Assembly (NCBI GenBank): GCA_041690395.1 | Contig: JAWLHJ010000005.1 | Coordinates: 128,001 to 192,000 of the forward strand | Direction of reading: 5' to 3' | Source: Longimicrobiales bacterium | GTDB lineage: Bacteria > Gemmatimonadota > Gemmatimonadetes > Longimicrobiales > Gaopeijiaceae | Length of the DNA stretch: 64,000 nucleotides | In this document: positions 38,171 through 49,731 of the stretch, piece after piece | Numbering within the stretch: position 1 is the stretch's first letter | Layout: every line of letters begins with the position of its first letter | Program-made: the position numbers and the translations under genes | The notes under the pieces: generated by a model | The model's database searches: none | What the model was told of the DNA's origin: nothing | What the model saw: only the letters and a program-made list of their open reading frames with translations

Positions 38171-39103
38171 ATGGCTGCTCTGGGACCCGACGTGAACGAA
38201 GAGACATCCGAAGCGCCCGTGGAGGAGGGAGCGCCGCTCTGGACCGTGACGTTCGGGGACATGATGAGCTTGCTGTTGACCTTCTTCATCTTGCTGTTCT
38301 CCATGTCCGAGCTCCGCATGGAGCGGTTCCTGCTCGCGAGTCAGTCTCTTAGCGCCGCGTTGGGAGGAACCGCGCCGGAGCCTGTGCCGGAGCCGATCAG
38401 CCTCGTACCGGACTCCCTCGGCGAACCCTTTCCGGAGGGGCCCCCGGGCTCGGCGGGCGAAGCCCCCGATGCCAGGGGGGAGGCCGAGCCCGGGCCGGAG
38501 TCCGAACTCGCCGGGGATACGCCGTCCGTGGAGTCGGTCGTGGAGCGCCTCACCGAGGAGTATCTGAACGACCTTCTGAGGCGGCTCCAGGACTTCGTGA
38601 CGCGAAACGACCTGGGTGAGGTCCTCAGTGTCGACAAAGGGCCGTCGGGTGTGCGTGTCCGGGTTTCGGCGGCGGCGCTGTTCGAGCCGGGAAGCGCTGC
38701 CGTGAGCGAGGAAAGTCGCTGGCTCCTGGACTTCTTTGCCGACCTCGCCAGCGAAGTACGTCTGCCGGTCATCGTTTCGGGGCACGCGGACAACCAGCCC
38801 ATCCAGAATGCGTGGTTTCCCTCCAACTGGGAGCTGTCCGCGGCCCGTGCGGCGGGAGTCGCGCGGGAGCTCGTGGCCCGAGGGCACGACCCGCTGCTCC
38901 TGAGGGTGGAGTCGTTTGGTGAGCACCGGCCGGTGGCATCGAATGACTCCATGGGTGGACGCGCCCTGAACCGCCGCATAGAGTTTCTCTACGACCGCGT
39001 GGATATCATGAGGACGATCGAGGGGTGGCGTCGGAGTCTGGCCGGGCCGGACGCCACCGCGGCGGAACCCGAGTCACGACGACAGGAGAACGGGCGGAAC
39101 TAG
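38171..39103 (+). CDS. motB: Second stator B subunit (PomB/MotS type)
   Basis: WTVTFGDMMSLLLTFFILLFSMS; GHADN..SNWELSAARA..NRRIE. Confidence 0.92.
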   Translation: MAALGPDVNEETSEAPVEEGAPLWTVTFGDMMSLLLTFFILLFSMSELRMERFLLASQSLSAALGGTAPEPVPEPISLVPDSLGEPFPEGPPGSAGEAPDARGEAEPGPESELAGDTPSVESVVERLTEEYLNDLLRRLQDFVTRNDLGEVLSVDKGPSGVRVRVSAAALFEPGSAAVSEESRWLLDFFADLASEVRLPVIVSGHADNQPIQNAWFPSNWELSAARAAGVARELVARGHDPLLLRVESFGEHRPVASNDSMGGRALNRRIEFLYDRVDIMRTIEGWRRSLAGPDATAAEPESRRQENGRN

Positions 39104-39117
39104 GCCTGGAACTTGCA
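39101..39117 (+). promoter_or_regulatory. Possible sigma-54 promoter
   Basis: TAGGCCTGGAACTTGCA has GG-N10-GC and TTGCA at -12. Confidence 0.35.
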
Positions 39118-39217
39118 AAGCGGGGTTACGGGACCCTCTCTGGATGGGTGCCGTCGGCCCTTGAATCCCGATGGTACTCCCTCACCCCCCCCAATGACAC
39201 AGGGAGCGCACGGCAGC

Positions 39218-39628
39218 ATGATATCCGCTCAGCCCGAATACGCGCACGGGCGCGGCGCCGTCCTGATCGTGGACGACGAGCCGTTGATCCTGCGTGTCGC
39301 TTGCAAGGTCCTCGAAGGAGTCTTCGACGAGGTGCTCGAAGCGTCGACGGGGGAAGAGGCCTTGGAGGTCGCGCAGGACCATGCCGGCCCCATCACGCTC
39401 CTTCTCACCGACGTCATCATGCCGGGCATTGGCGGCCGGGAGCTCAGCGAGACGATTCGGCGGAGTCAGCCGGACGCATCCGTTCTGTTCATGTCGGCCT
39501 ACACCGAGGACGAAGTGCTGCTCGAAGGGATTCGTGTGGCCGAGGTCGAGTTCATCGCGAAGCCGTTCTCGATCGAGGGGCTGCGGGCCAAGGTGTTCGA
39601 GGTTCTCGAGAAGCGTGCTGCGTCCTGA
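39218..39628 (+). CDS. Single-domain response regulator (hybrid-kinase-type REC)
   Basis: VDDEP, LLTDVIMPG.GGREL, FMSAYT, KPFS. Confidence 0.88.
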   Translation: MISAQPEYAHGRGAVLIVDDEPLILRVACKVLEGVFDEVLEASTGEEALEVAQDHAGPITLLLTDVIMPGIGGRELSETIRRSQPDASVLFMSAYTEDEVLLEGIRVAEVEFIAKPFSIEGLRAKVFEVLEKRAAS

Positions 39629-39646
39629 CTCCTCCCGCCCGACCGC

Positions 39647-40321
39647 CTAGCGCCGGTCGTCGGAGGTCCAGGGCTTGAAGGCGGGAACGACGATCTCCCA
39701 TCCGGAGGGGCCCGGACCGGCGGTGGACGGGTCGTCCCGAAGGGCTTCATCGTGGGTGTCGCCAGGTTCCGACCCGTCCTCTTCATCGGCCCGTTCGGGC
39801 CGGCCCACGTGACTCGGGCGCGAAGCGCTCGACGTTTCGCCCTTGAGGTGTGCGATGACGTGAGGGGGGAGGGTCAACGGCGCCTGAGCGTGCCGGCGCG
39901 GGTGACTCGATCGCCCCCGGCGTCCATCCGGAGCGCCGGTCGGTCTCCGATCCATGTGCGTCACGAGCCCGCAATCGCCGCCCTTCCCCGCTCCAGCCCT
40001 TCCCACGAGCGGGTCTTCCGCGGCTTCCCGGCGTTGAAGCAGAACGAGCACGAACCCGGCGCCTCCAAAGACGAGCAGCCAAAGGGGACTGGGCCTGTCA
40101 CCGGTGGGCTTCCGTCTCGTGGCGGTTGCTTGCGGGCGAGGCTCGGAGAGCTCGATCTCATGCGTCAGCGCGTCCTTCACGAGCTCCGAGGCCAATGACG
40201 CAGGTGCGCCTCCGTCCGGCGCCGCACGATCCTGTATCGCTCCGAGCAGGGGCGATGCGAACATGACGAGCGCCGCGAGAAAGCGCGCGGGATACCGGAG
40301 GGGGGGGCGATGAGCGACCAC
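39647..40321 (-). CDS. Hypothetical membrane protein
   Basis: Signal-like N-terminus and TM LWLLVFGGAGFVLVLL in an otherwise empty interval; start uncertain. Confidence 0.4.
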   Translation of the reverse strand: MVAHRPPLRYPARFLAALVMFASPLLGAIQDRAAPDGGAPASLASELVKDALTHEIELSEPRPQATATRRKPTGDRPSPLWLLVFGGAGFVLVLLQRREAAEDPLVGRAGAGKGGDCGLVTHMDRRPTGAPDGRRGRSSHPRRHAQAPLTLPPHVIAHLKGETSSASRPSHVGRPERADEEDGSEPGDTHDEALRDDPSTAGPGPSGWEIVVPAFKPWTSDDRR

Positions 40322-40387
40322 GCTTGGAGTTTCGGACGCCGACCGCTCGGCTTGAGCCGAAGTCACCCAGCCTCTACCTTGAGCACA

Positions 40388-42322
<1,935 letters not shown>

Positions 42323-42576
42323 TCGGCGGCTAGCGCTGAAGCGGCGTCATCTGGGGCAGTTGGGCGAGTACGTCCGTCTTGTGCGACACTGCGAGCGAAA
42401 AGGCGGACATGTCTGCCCGGGTGATCCCGGCCCGCCGTCCCACCGGTCCGCCGTTGTCCGAGAGGCTATCTAGCCGCATTCTGGACGTATCGGCCAATGT
42501 GGATTGACCTGAGGGGCGGATTGGTTGGCGCCGTAGTCGGCCAGGGCTCCGTCCTGCGACGAGACCGAGGGAACTG

Positions 42577-42921
42577 ATGGTCAGAGATCTTCGGCCCGAA
42601 GATTGGTCCGGAGGCGTGTCGATCGCCCTGATATCGGCTTGGGTTATCATCGCTGTGCGGTGGCTGTCAGGAATGTCGGCTACAGCGAACGGTGCGCTAC
42701 TTTTCATGGCATTGGGGTTCTCGGTTGTCTTCGTCGTTCTTCGGGGGCGTGCTCAACGTCCGCGCAAGAAGGACCGGATCCTGCTAGGTCTAGTGCCACC
42801 GACCGTCATTGCTGCTGTGGTAAGCCTCGACTTTGCGCACATGAGCGCCCACGGAATAGCCATCAATACGACGCCGATCGTCGTTCTTCTCCTTGCCCTT
42901 TGGCCTCGCAGACCCCGCTAA
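42577..42921 (+). CDS. Small hydrophobic hypothetical protein
   Basis: About 4 hydrophobic stretches; GAGGG upstream; lower-GC codons. Confidence 0.5.
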   Translation: MVRDLRPEDWSGGVSIALISAWVIIAVRWLSGMSATANGALLFMALGFSVVFVVLRGRAQRPRKKDRILLGLVPPTVIAAVVSLDFAHMSAHGIAINTTPIVVLLLALWPRRPR

Positions 42922-42977
42922 GAGCTTGATATGGTTCAGGGTAACCACAGGAAGGCCCGGCGCGCGCGCTGGAGGCC

Positions 42978-43241
42978 GTGATGGAGCAGTTCATTGGATT
43001 CGTACTCTTCACGGCAGGGCAGGTGGGCATGTATCTGGTTGGGGATCATCTCGAGAAGTATCGACTCGACTTGCGACGGAGCCAGCCCTTCTACCGCGGT
43101 GACTCCGAGATCCTTGGTTTGGACATGATGCTTCCTCGGAACTACACGGCAGAGGGTCGCAGCCGCCTCCCTTATCTGTATGGCTGCGTGTTGCTCACCC
43201 TAGTGGGTGCGGTCTTGTGGGCGGTACTGGGGAATCGGTAG
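42978..43241 (+). CDS. Small membrane hypothetical protein
   Basis: GGAGG SD; two TM segments. Confidence 0.55.
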   Translation: MMEQFIGFVLFTAGQVGMYLVGDHLEKYRLDLRRSQPFYRGDSEILGLDMMLPRNYTAEGRSRLPYLYGCVLLTLVGAVLWAVLGNR

Positions 43242-43399
43242 GCGGCTTCTATCATCTTCATTATCACGTTGGGGGCGATGGGTCTCGCTGACGGCGAAGG
43301 GAGAGGGGGGGACTTCGTGTGGGGTTGACCCAGGAAGTCGAACCGTAGCACCTTGGTCGGTGTAACTAAGATGACATTCTGCTCGACCAGGAATCGATA

Positions 43400-43633
43400 A
43401 TGCATACACTCTCGAGCACGACACGGAAGCAGGGGGCGTCGATTGTGACCACCCTGCCCGCAGAGGTAGTCCGGCGGCTCGGTATTCCTCCGGGTCAGAG
43501 GCTGGACTGGATTGAAGATGGGCTGGGCGGCTTTCGGGTCGTCCCCCATTCCGAGGAACTCGGCGCCGCGGCCGAGGCCCATGAGGCGATCATGGCCGAG
43601 TACGACGGAGTGTTCCGCGAACTGGCGAAGTGA
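43400..43633 (+). CDS. AbrB/MazE-like antitoxin
   Basis: RKQGASIVTTLPAEVVRRLGI..GQRL; ends YDGVFRELAK; 4-nt overlap with the doc gene. Confidence 0.85.
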   Translation: MHTLSSTTRKQGASIVTTLPAEVVRRLGIPPGQRLDWIEDGLGGFRVVPHSEELGAAAEAHEAIMAEYDGVFRELAK

Positions 43634-44049
43634 GCGACGAGGCAGGCGTGGAGGAGCCGCGTTGGCTCACCGAGACCATACTCATGATGATCCACGCCCA
43701 GCAGGTAGAGCGGTACGGCGGGGCGCATGGTATTCTCGATCCGAATGTCGTGCGCTCCGCGCTTGCCCGGCCCATCAACCGGTGGGCCTATGACCAGGAT
43801 GCCGACCTCGCGGATCTGGCCGCTTCCTATCTCGTGGGATTCGCCCGCTCCCAAGGGTTCAACGATGGCAACAAGCGAACGGGCCTTGCGACAGCATTGG
43901 TCTTCCTGCGCCTGAACGGCCACGTGCTTCACGTGCCAGGTGAGGAACTGTATGCCCTTACCATGAAGGTGGCGAACAACGAGGCCGACGATGGGATCGT
44001 TGCGGCATACCTGCGATCGCGGATGAGCGGTCTGTCCAAGGGCGGCTGA
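43630..44049 (+). CDS. doc: Doc (Fic-family) toxin with a Gln variant of the catalytic motif
   Basis: HAQQVERYGG..GI.D...SALARP; QGFNDGNKRTG. Confidence 0.88.
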   Translation: MSDEAGVEEPRWLTETILMMIHAQQVERYGGAHGILDPNVVRSALARPINRWAYDQDADLADLAASYLVGFARSQGFNDGNKRTGLATALVFLRLNGHVLHVPGEELYALTMKVANNEADDGIVAAYLRSRMSGLSKGG

Positions 44050-44150
44050 GTGGATCACTTGTGATCGGTTGAACAGTTCATTGAAATGGCCTTTCGAGTG
44101 CGTGCCCGCGCGTGGCCCGTTCCTCATCCTACTCCGAGACCCTCGAAGGG

Positions 44151-44603
44151 ATGGAGACCATGATCGTTCTGCTGATGGCGCTCACGTTCGCGACGTCCGC
44201 GGTGGCACAGGAGCACCCCGACGTTGCCCCCGCGCTTGCCGCCATCGAGTTCGCCACGCGGGAGGTCCCCTCCGACGTCTCGTTGCTGGTCGAAGCGGGA
44301 AGCACACCTCCAGAGGCCTTGAACGGCGTCGCCGAGGCCCTCGACGCGTCCATCGTAGCGCTGGATTCTGTCGTCACGTGTCCGCCGCAAGCCCCCATCG
44401 ATCCGTGCCGGATCGCTCCGGGCGTGGCGCTCGTGGCGTTCAGGGCCCTGGAGCCGGAGGGTGATTCGCCACGATTCTCAGTGGGGCTCTGGCAGGACTA
44501 TCCCTCCCGCGAAGAGGTGCACCACAGCGTCGTTGGCGTCGCGATGGGCTATGGCCGTGAGGGGTGGGAGGTCACCGAGGTTCTCTTCAGGGCCGCGAAC
44601 TGA
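44151..44603 (+). CDS. Secreted hypothetical protein
   Basis: Signal peptide ending in AVA-Q; two Cys. Confidence 0.6.
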   Translation: METMIVLLMALTFATSAVAQEHPDVAPALAAIEFATREVPSDVSLLVEAGSTPPEALNGVAEALDASIVALDSVVTCPPQAPIDPCRIAPGVALVAFRALEPEGDSPRFSVGLWQDYPSREEVHHSVVGVAMGYGREGWEVTEVLFRAAN

Positions 44604-44734
44604 GGGTCACGGACCTCCCGCGCGGGGCCGGGTAGGCGCGTCCGGCATCCTTGCCGCCGCTTCGTCCGCAGTCTACGGTACCGTCGCCGCGAACCCCTCG
44701 GCGGCGCCCAGCTCTCACGCTCCCGGAGGAATCC

Positions 44735-46636
44735 ATGCGCTCTCTCACCTGTGCGCTCCTTCTCGCGACGCTGGTCCAGGCCGACCAGGCCGCTGCCCAG
44801 ATCGTGCCGGAGCGGGTCGAGGCCCGGGTGGGCGACACCACGGCCCTATCTGTCCGACAGCCGGCCGGCGACGACCTGCCGGTGCGGTGGATCTCCGCCA
44901 CCCCGGAGCTGGCCACCGTGGACCAGACCGGTCGGGTGGCGGCGTTGAACCCGGGAACGGCCCGCATCACCGCGGTGGTGGGCAGCACGCCGGTGGAGGC
45001 CACCGTGCTCATCCGGGCCCTTCCGGCCGCTTCCCTGGAGGCCAGTCTCCCCGAAACCGCTCCGTACGCCGGACAGGCCGTCCCGCTCCGGGTCACGGCG
45101 CTGGATCGCCTGGGGCGCGTGGTGGAGGGCACCGAGCTCCGCTATGCATCGGAGGACCCCTCGGTAGCCGCCGTGGATCCGGGTGGGCTCGTTTTCGCTC
45201 GCAGCGCCGGCAACACCTGGGTCACGGCAACGTCCGCCGACGGTGCAGCGTCCACGCGGGTGCGGCTGGAGGTGCGGCCCGCCACCGATCTGGAGTTCTC
45301 CATCACCCCCGAGGAGACCCGGGTCCGAACCGGCGACGTGGTTCGGTTGCGGGCCTCCGTACGGGTCGCGGGCTCGGCCGATGCGGCGGAGGCGCACCCG
45401 GCCTGGTCGGTCTCGGGCGTGGGGGCCCAGGTGGAGGACGAGGCCGGCGAGGGCATCTTCGTGGCCGAGGAGCCGGGCACCTACCGGGTGACGGCGCTCC
45501 TGGGCGAAGAGGCGGCGGTGAGCTCGGTCATCCGAGTGGAGCCCCGGGGGCTCGAAGCCGAGCTGGTCCGGGTGGGACGGGGCGCCATCGCCGACCACCA
45601 TTCGGGCGACGTCTGGGTCTTCGAGGGGGTCGATGGGCGCGACTACGCCTACATCGGGACCTTCTTCCACGACTGGATGAAGGTCTGGGACGTGACGGAT
45701 CCCGGGAATCCGGTCCTCACCGACTCGCTCCAGATGGACGCGCGCCGGATCAACGACGTGAAGATCCACCCGAACAACCGGGTGGGAATCGTCACCCGGG
45801 AGGGCGCGTCGGACCGACGCAACGGGATCGTCCTTCTGGACCTGTCGACGCCGGCCCACCCGACCGTGCTCTCCGAATACACCGAAACCGTCACAGGCGG
45901 GGTGCACAACGTATGGATCCGGGGCGACCTCGACCTGGTCTACGCGGTCCACAACGGAACGCGCGCCGTGCACATCCTGGATATCTCCGATCCGCGCAAC
46001 GTGCGTGAGGTCGGGCGATGGGCGGTGGACAACGAGCAGCGCTCGCTTCATGACGTCATCGTCCAGGACGGCTACGCCTACGTCTCCTACTGGGACGACG
46101 GTGCGGTGACCCTGGACGTGGGCGCCGGAACCCACGGCGGCACCCCCACGGAGCCCGTCTTCGTGAGCGCCTATTCGTACCCGATCGGGAACACCCACGT
46201 GGCCTGGCGCCACGGCAAGTACCTCTTCGTGGGCGACGAGATCTTCCCGGGAGACTGGGATCCGGAGGCGCCCATCGAGGCCCGGGGCTACATCCACGTC
46301 CTGGACATGAGCGACATGGACAACCCGGTGGAGGTGGCGCGCTACGAGGTCCCCGAGGCCGGAGCCCACAACGTCTGGGCCGAGGGCGACCGCCTCTACG
46401 TGGGATACTACCAGGGCGGTCTCAGGGTGCTGGACATCTCCGGCGAGCTCCGCGGCGACCTCTACGCCCAGGGCCGGGAGCTGGCCGTCCTGAAGACGGG
46501 TGCCCCGGACGCCGCGGTCCCCAACTGGTCCATGACATGGGGGGCCCAGATCCACAAGGGCCGCATCTACACTTCGGACCTCAATTCGGGGCTCTGGATC
46601 GCCGAGCTGAAGGAGACGGGGCGGCCGGTGAGCTGA
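44735..46636 (+). CDS. Secreted Ig-like (Big_2) and LVIVD-repeat beta-propeller protein
   Basis: ATVDQTGRVAALNPGTARITA Ig repeats; repeated V/ILDISDP/VWDVTDP units. Confidence 0.85.
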   Translation: MRSLTCALLLATLVQADQAAAQIVPERVEARVGDTTALSVRQPAGDDLPVRWISATPELATVDQTGRVAALNPGTARITAVVGSTPVEATVLIRALPAASLEASLPETAPYAGQAVPLRVTALDRLGRVVEGTELRYASEDPSVAAVDPGGLVFARSAGNTWVTATSADGAASTRVRLEVRPATDLEFSITPEETRVRTGDVVRLRASVRVAGSADAAEAHPAWSVSGVGAQVEDEAGEGIFVAEEPGTYRVTALLGEEAAVSSVIRVEPRGLEAELVRVGRGAIADHHSGDVWVFEGVDGRDYAYIGTFFHDWMKVWDVTDPGNPVLTDSLQMDARRINDVKIHPNNRVGIVTREGASDRRNGIVLLDLSTPAHPTVLSEYTETVTGGVHNVWIRGDLDLVYAVHNGTRAVHILDISDPRNVREVGRWAVDNEQRSLHDVIVQDGYAYVSYWDDGAVTLDVGAGTHGGTPTEPVFVSAYSYPIGNTHVAWRHGKYLFVGDEIFPGDWDPEAPIEARGYIHVLDMSDMDNPVEVARYEVPEAGAHNVWAEGDRLYVGYYQGGLRVLDISGELRGDLYAQGRELAVLKTGAPDAAVPNWSMTWGAQIHKGRIYTSDLNSGLWIAELKETGRPVS

Positions 46637-46763
46637 AGAGCGGGCGGTGGGCACCGGTCGGCCCGCGATGCACCGAGGCCGACCGCGCCGTAGTTTCCCG
46701 GAATGTCCGCGACGCGCCCGCGCGGTACGGGTTTCGGGCCAACGGCGAAAGGGAGTCCCGTTC

Positions 46764-48875
46764 ATGAGCGTCCGCACCTTCTCCATGGTCGCATCGGTAT
46801 CCCTCACCATGTCCCTCACCTCGTGCGGGACGGGTGACGGGGGTGGAGGGGATGGCATCGTGGTGGACGACGACGATATCGGCGGCGTCGTAACCAGCGC
46901 CGACGGGCCCGAGGCCGGCGTTTGGGTCATCGCGGAGACCGACGACCTCGGCACGCGCTTCGCCCGCATCGTGGTGACGGACGACGAGGGCCGGTATCTG
47001 GTCCCCGACCTGCCCGAGGCCAGCTACCGGGTGTGGGTGCGAGGCTACGGGCTGGTGGACTCGGAGCCGGAGCCCGCCGAGCGTGGGGCGCTCCGGGACC
47101 TGACGGCCACGGTGGCGCCGGACGCCGCCGCCGCCGCGGAGGTGTACCCGGCGGCCTACTGGTACGCCATGATGGACCTTCCCACGGAGGAAGAGGTCGC
47201 CGGCTTCGAGGGCGGGATGAACGAGTACCTTACGTGGGTGAAGAACATGGGGTGCATCGGTTGCCACCAGCTCGGCAACGAGTCGACCCGGACCATCCCC
47301 GAAGTGTTCGCCGACGCAGCGTCCTCGGAGGAGGCCTGGTGGCGCCGGATCTCGTCGGGGCAGGCCGGCGAGAACATGTACGGGCTGGCGAGCAGGTTCG
47401 ACGGACTTCCGGTCAAGTACATGGCGGAGTGGACGGACCGGATCGCAGCCGGCGAGCTCCCGGCCCATGTTCCCGAGCGGCCGTCGGGCCTCGAGCGCAA
47501 CGTCGTGGCCACCATCCGCGACTGGTCGAGCCCTCAGTTCTACATGCACGACCTTTCCGGCACGGACCGGCGCGACCCTACCGTGAACGGGTACGGCCCG
47601 CTCTACGGCGCGCCGGAGCTCAGCACGGACGAGATGCCGATCCTGGATCCCGTGGCGAACGAGGCGACCGCGTTCCACGTGCCGGTCCGCGACGAGGACA
47701 CGCCGACGACGAACGAAGTGCCGGCCATGGGACCGTCTGCCTACTGGGGGGAGGAGCGGATCTGGGACAGCCAGTCGAACATCCACAATCCCATGTTGGA
47801 CCAGGACGGGCGGGTGTGGCTCACGGCCCGGATCCGGGGCCCCGAGAATCCGGACTTCTGCCGGGAGGGCTCGAGCCACCCGTCGGCGGCTCTGTACCCC
47901 AAGGACCGAACGGGGCGCCACCTGGCCGTCTTCGACCCGGAAACGGAGGAGTACTCCTTCGTCGATACCTGCTACAGCACGCACCACCTCCAGTTCGCCT
48001 ACGGCGAGGACAACATCCTCTGGACCAGCGGCGGTGGGGACGTCGTGGGGTGGCTCGACACGGATCTCTTCCTGGAGACCGGCGACGCGGCGGCGGCCCA
48101 GGGGTGGGCGCCCCTCGTCCTGGACACGAACGGGAACGGTCGGCAGGATCCCTGGACCGAGCCCGGCGACCCGCTGGATCCCGCCCTCGACATGCGCGTA
48201 CCCAACGGTTTCTACGCCGTCATGCCCGAGCCCCGAGGCGACGCCGTCTGGGGGTCGAACGCGTTCCGCTATCCCGGATCCATCACGAGGCTGGTCCCCG
48301 GAGAGGACCCGCCGCGCACGTCCCTGGCGGAGGTCTACGAGCCGCCGCTCCCGGGCTTCGGCGTCCGGGGCGCGGACATCGACAAGGACGGCGTCGTGTG
48401 GACGTCGCTGGGGAGCGGCCACCTGGGCGCGTTCGACCGCCGCCGGTGCGAGGGCCCGCTGAACGGGCCAGAGGCCACCGGCGATCACTGCCCGGAGGGT
48501 TGGACCTTCCACGACTTGCCGGGCCCCGGGTTCGCCGACCTCCCGGAGTACAGCGTGGAGTCCAGCTACTACACCTGGGTGGACCAGCACAATTCCCTGG
48601 GGTTGGGCGAGGACGTGCCCATCGCCACCGGGAACCTCTTCGACGGCGTGCACGCCCTCGTGGGCGGCGACTTCGTCACCCTGCGGATCCCGTATCCACT
48701 GGGGTTCTATACCAAGGGGTTCGAGGGGCGCATCGACGATCCCGATGCCGGCTGGAAGGGGCGCGGGCTCTGGGTTCCGGAGGGGGGACGCACGCCCTGG
48801 CTCAAGGAGGACGGCCAGGGATCGAAGCCCATCGTCGTGCACTTCCAGGTGCGCCCGAATCCGCTGGCGCATTAG
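46764..48875 (+). CDS. Lipoprotein with carboxypeptidase-regulatory-like domain, CxxCH and propeller-like C-terminus
   Basis: Lipobox [34 protein letters not shown]. Confidence 0.8.
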   Translation: MSVRTFSMVASVSLTMSLTSCGTGDGGGGDGIVVDDDDIGGVVTSADGPEAGVWVIAETDDLGTRFARIVVTDDEGRYLVPDLPEASYRVWVRGYGLVDSEPEPAERGALRDLTATVAPDAAAAAEVYPAAYWYAMMDLPTEEEVAGFEGGMNEYLTWVKNMGCIGCHQLGNESTRTIPEVFADAASSEEAWWRRISSGQAGENMYGLASRFDGLPVKYMAEWTDRIAAGELPAHVPERPSGLERNVVATIRDWSSPQFYMHDLSGTDRRDPTVNGYGPLYGAPELSTDEMPILDPVANEATAFHVPVRDEDTPTTNEVPAMGPSAYWGEERIWDSQSNIHNPMLDQDGRVWLTARIRGPENPDFCREGSSHPSAALYPKDRTGRHLAVFDPETEEYSFVDTCYSTHHLQFAYGEDNILWTSGGGDVVGWLDTDLFLETGDAAAAQGWAPLVLDTNGNGRQDPWTEPGDPLDPALDMRVPNGFYAVMPEPRGDAVWGSNAFRYPGSITRLVPGEDPPRTSLAEVYEPPLPGFGVRGADIDKDGVVWTSLGSGHLGAFDRRRCEGPLNGPEATGDHCPEGWTFHDLPGPGFADLPEYSVESSYYTWVDQHNSLGLGEDVPIATGNLFDGVHALVGGDFVTLRIPYPLGFYTKGFEGRIDDPDAGWKGRGLWVPEGGRTPWLKEDGQGSKPIVVHFQVRPNPLAH

Positions 48876-48948
48876 GTGCGCCTTCGGTCTTCGCTCTTGT
48901 GCCGTTAACCTTCAGGGCTACGAATCCAAAGACAAGAGCGAACCAAGC

Positions 48949-49167
48949 ATGGCGAAAGAAGAACCGATCGAGCTCGAGGGCGTCGTGAACGAGGTCCTCC
49001 CCAACACCAAATTCCGCGTGGAGCTGGAGAACGGCCACAAGATCCTGGCCTACCTCTCCGGCAAGATGCGGAAGTTCTACATCCGCGTGCTCGAGGGCGA
49101 CCGCGTGAAGGTGGAGATGTCCCCTTACGACATGAGCCGGGGGCGGGTCACCTACCGCTACAAGTAG
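48949..49167 (+). CDS. infA: Translation initiation factor IF-1
   Basis: [53 protein letters not shown]. Confidence 0.97.
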   Translation: MAKEEPIELEGVVNEVLPNTKFRVELENGHKILAYLSGKMRKFYIRVLEGDRVKVEMSPYDMSRGRVTYRYK

Positions 49168-49174
49168 CGGCTCG

Positions 49175-49212
49175 AGGGGGGCGAGCGCGTTGCCCGAAGG
49201 GGCGCGCCTCCC
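49175..49212. terminator. GC-rich hairpin between convergent genes
   Basis: GGGG..GCGCG..CCC-GAA-GGG.CGCGC..CCCC. Confidence 0.4.
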
Positions 49213-49599
49213 CTACCGCTTTCGTCCCGTGGCCTGCGCGACCGCGTCCGCCATCTGCTCGAACTGAGCTCTCTGCGCCCGCAGACGGAAGTACAGGAAG
49301 AAGACCAAGCCCGCCGCCACGCCGGCGATCGCACCCGCGATCCATGTCCACATCCAGGCCAATACGGTCAGGACCGATAGGACGACGCCGGCGACGAAGG
49401 CCCCGGTAGTCCAGCGCGAGATCAGCTTCCGTGACTCCTCGGGCGTGCGCTCGGCGAAGAGCTCGACCATGCGCTCCTGCGCAGGGTTGAGGTCACCGAA
49501 CTGGTTCTTGGCGTGCGCTTTGCGGAGCCCCGGCGGCTCCTTCCCCGGGCGAAAGCCCTTCACCTGCTGCTGTGGTCCCTGTCCTCTGCGGCGGCCCAT
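49213..49599 (-). CDS. Small two-TM hypothetical protein
   Basis: Basic N-terminus and two TM helices. Confidence 0.7.
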   Translation of the reverse strand: MGRRRGQGPQQQVKGFRPGKEPPGLRKAHAKNQFGDLNPAQERMVELFAERTPEESRKLISRWTTGAFVAGVVLSVLTVLAWMWTWIAGAIAGVAAGLVFFLYFRLRAQRAQFEQMADAVAQATGRKR

Positions 49600-49731
49600 T
49601 CCTGCTCCCGGATCGTACTGGCGTCGATCCTCGGTCGAGTGGCGTTCGTGCGGCTCTCCTACATTGCGACTCTCCTACATTAAGCGAGGGCCGGTCTGGT
49701 GGAAGGGCCAACCCACGGGGGAGCGTTGAGC

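Noticed and set aside
39112..39132. GCAAAG...GCGGGGTTAC as a c-di-GMP-I riboswitch
   Set aside because: No P1 GNRA hairpin and no room for P2
42330..44150. Integron cassette array (small ORFs plus TA pair)
   Set aside because: No RYYYAAC...GTTRRRY attC sites or integrase seen; the 8-bp GTGATCGG at both ends is too short to call an att site
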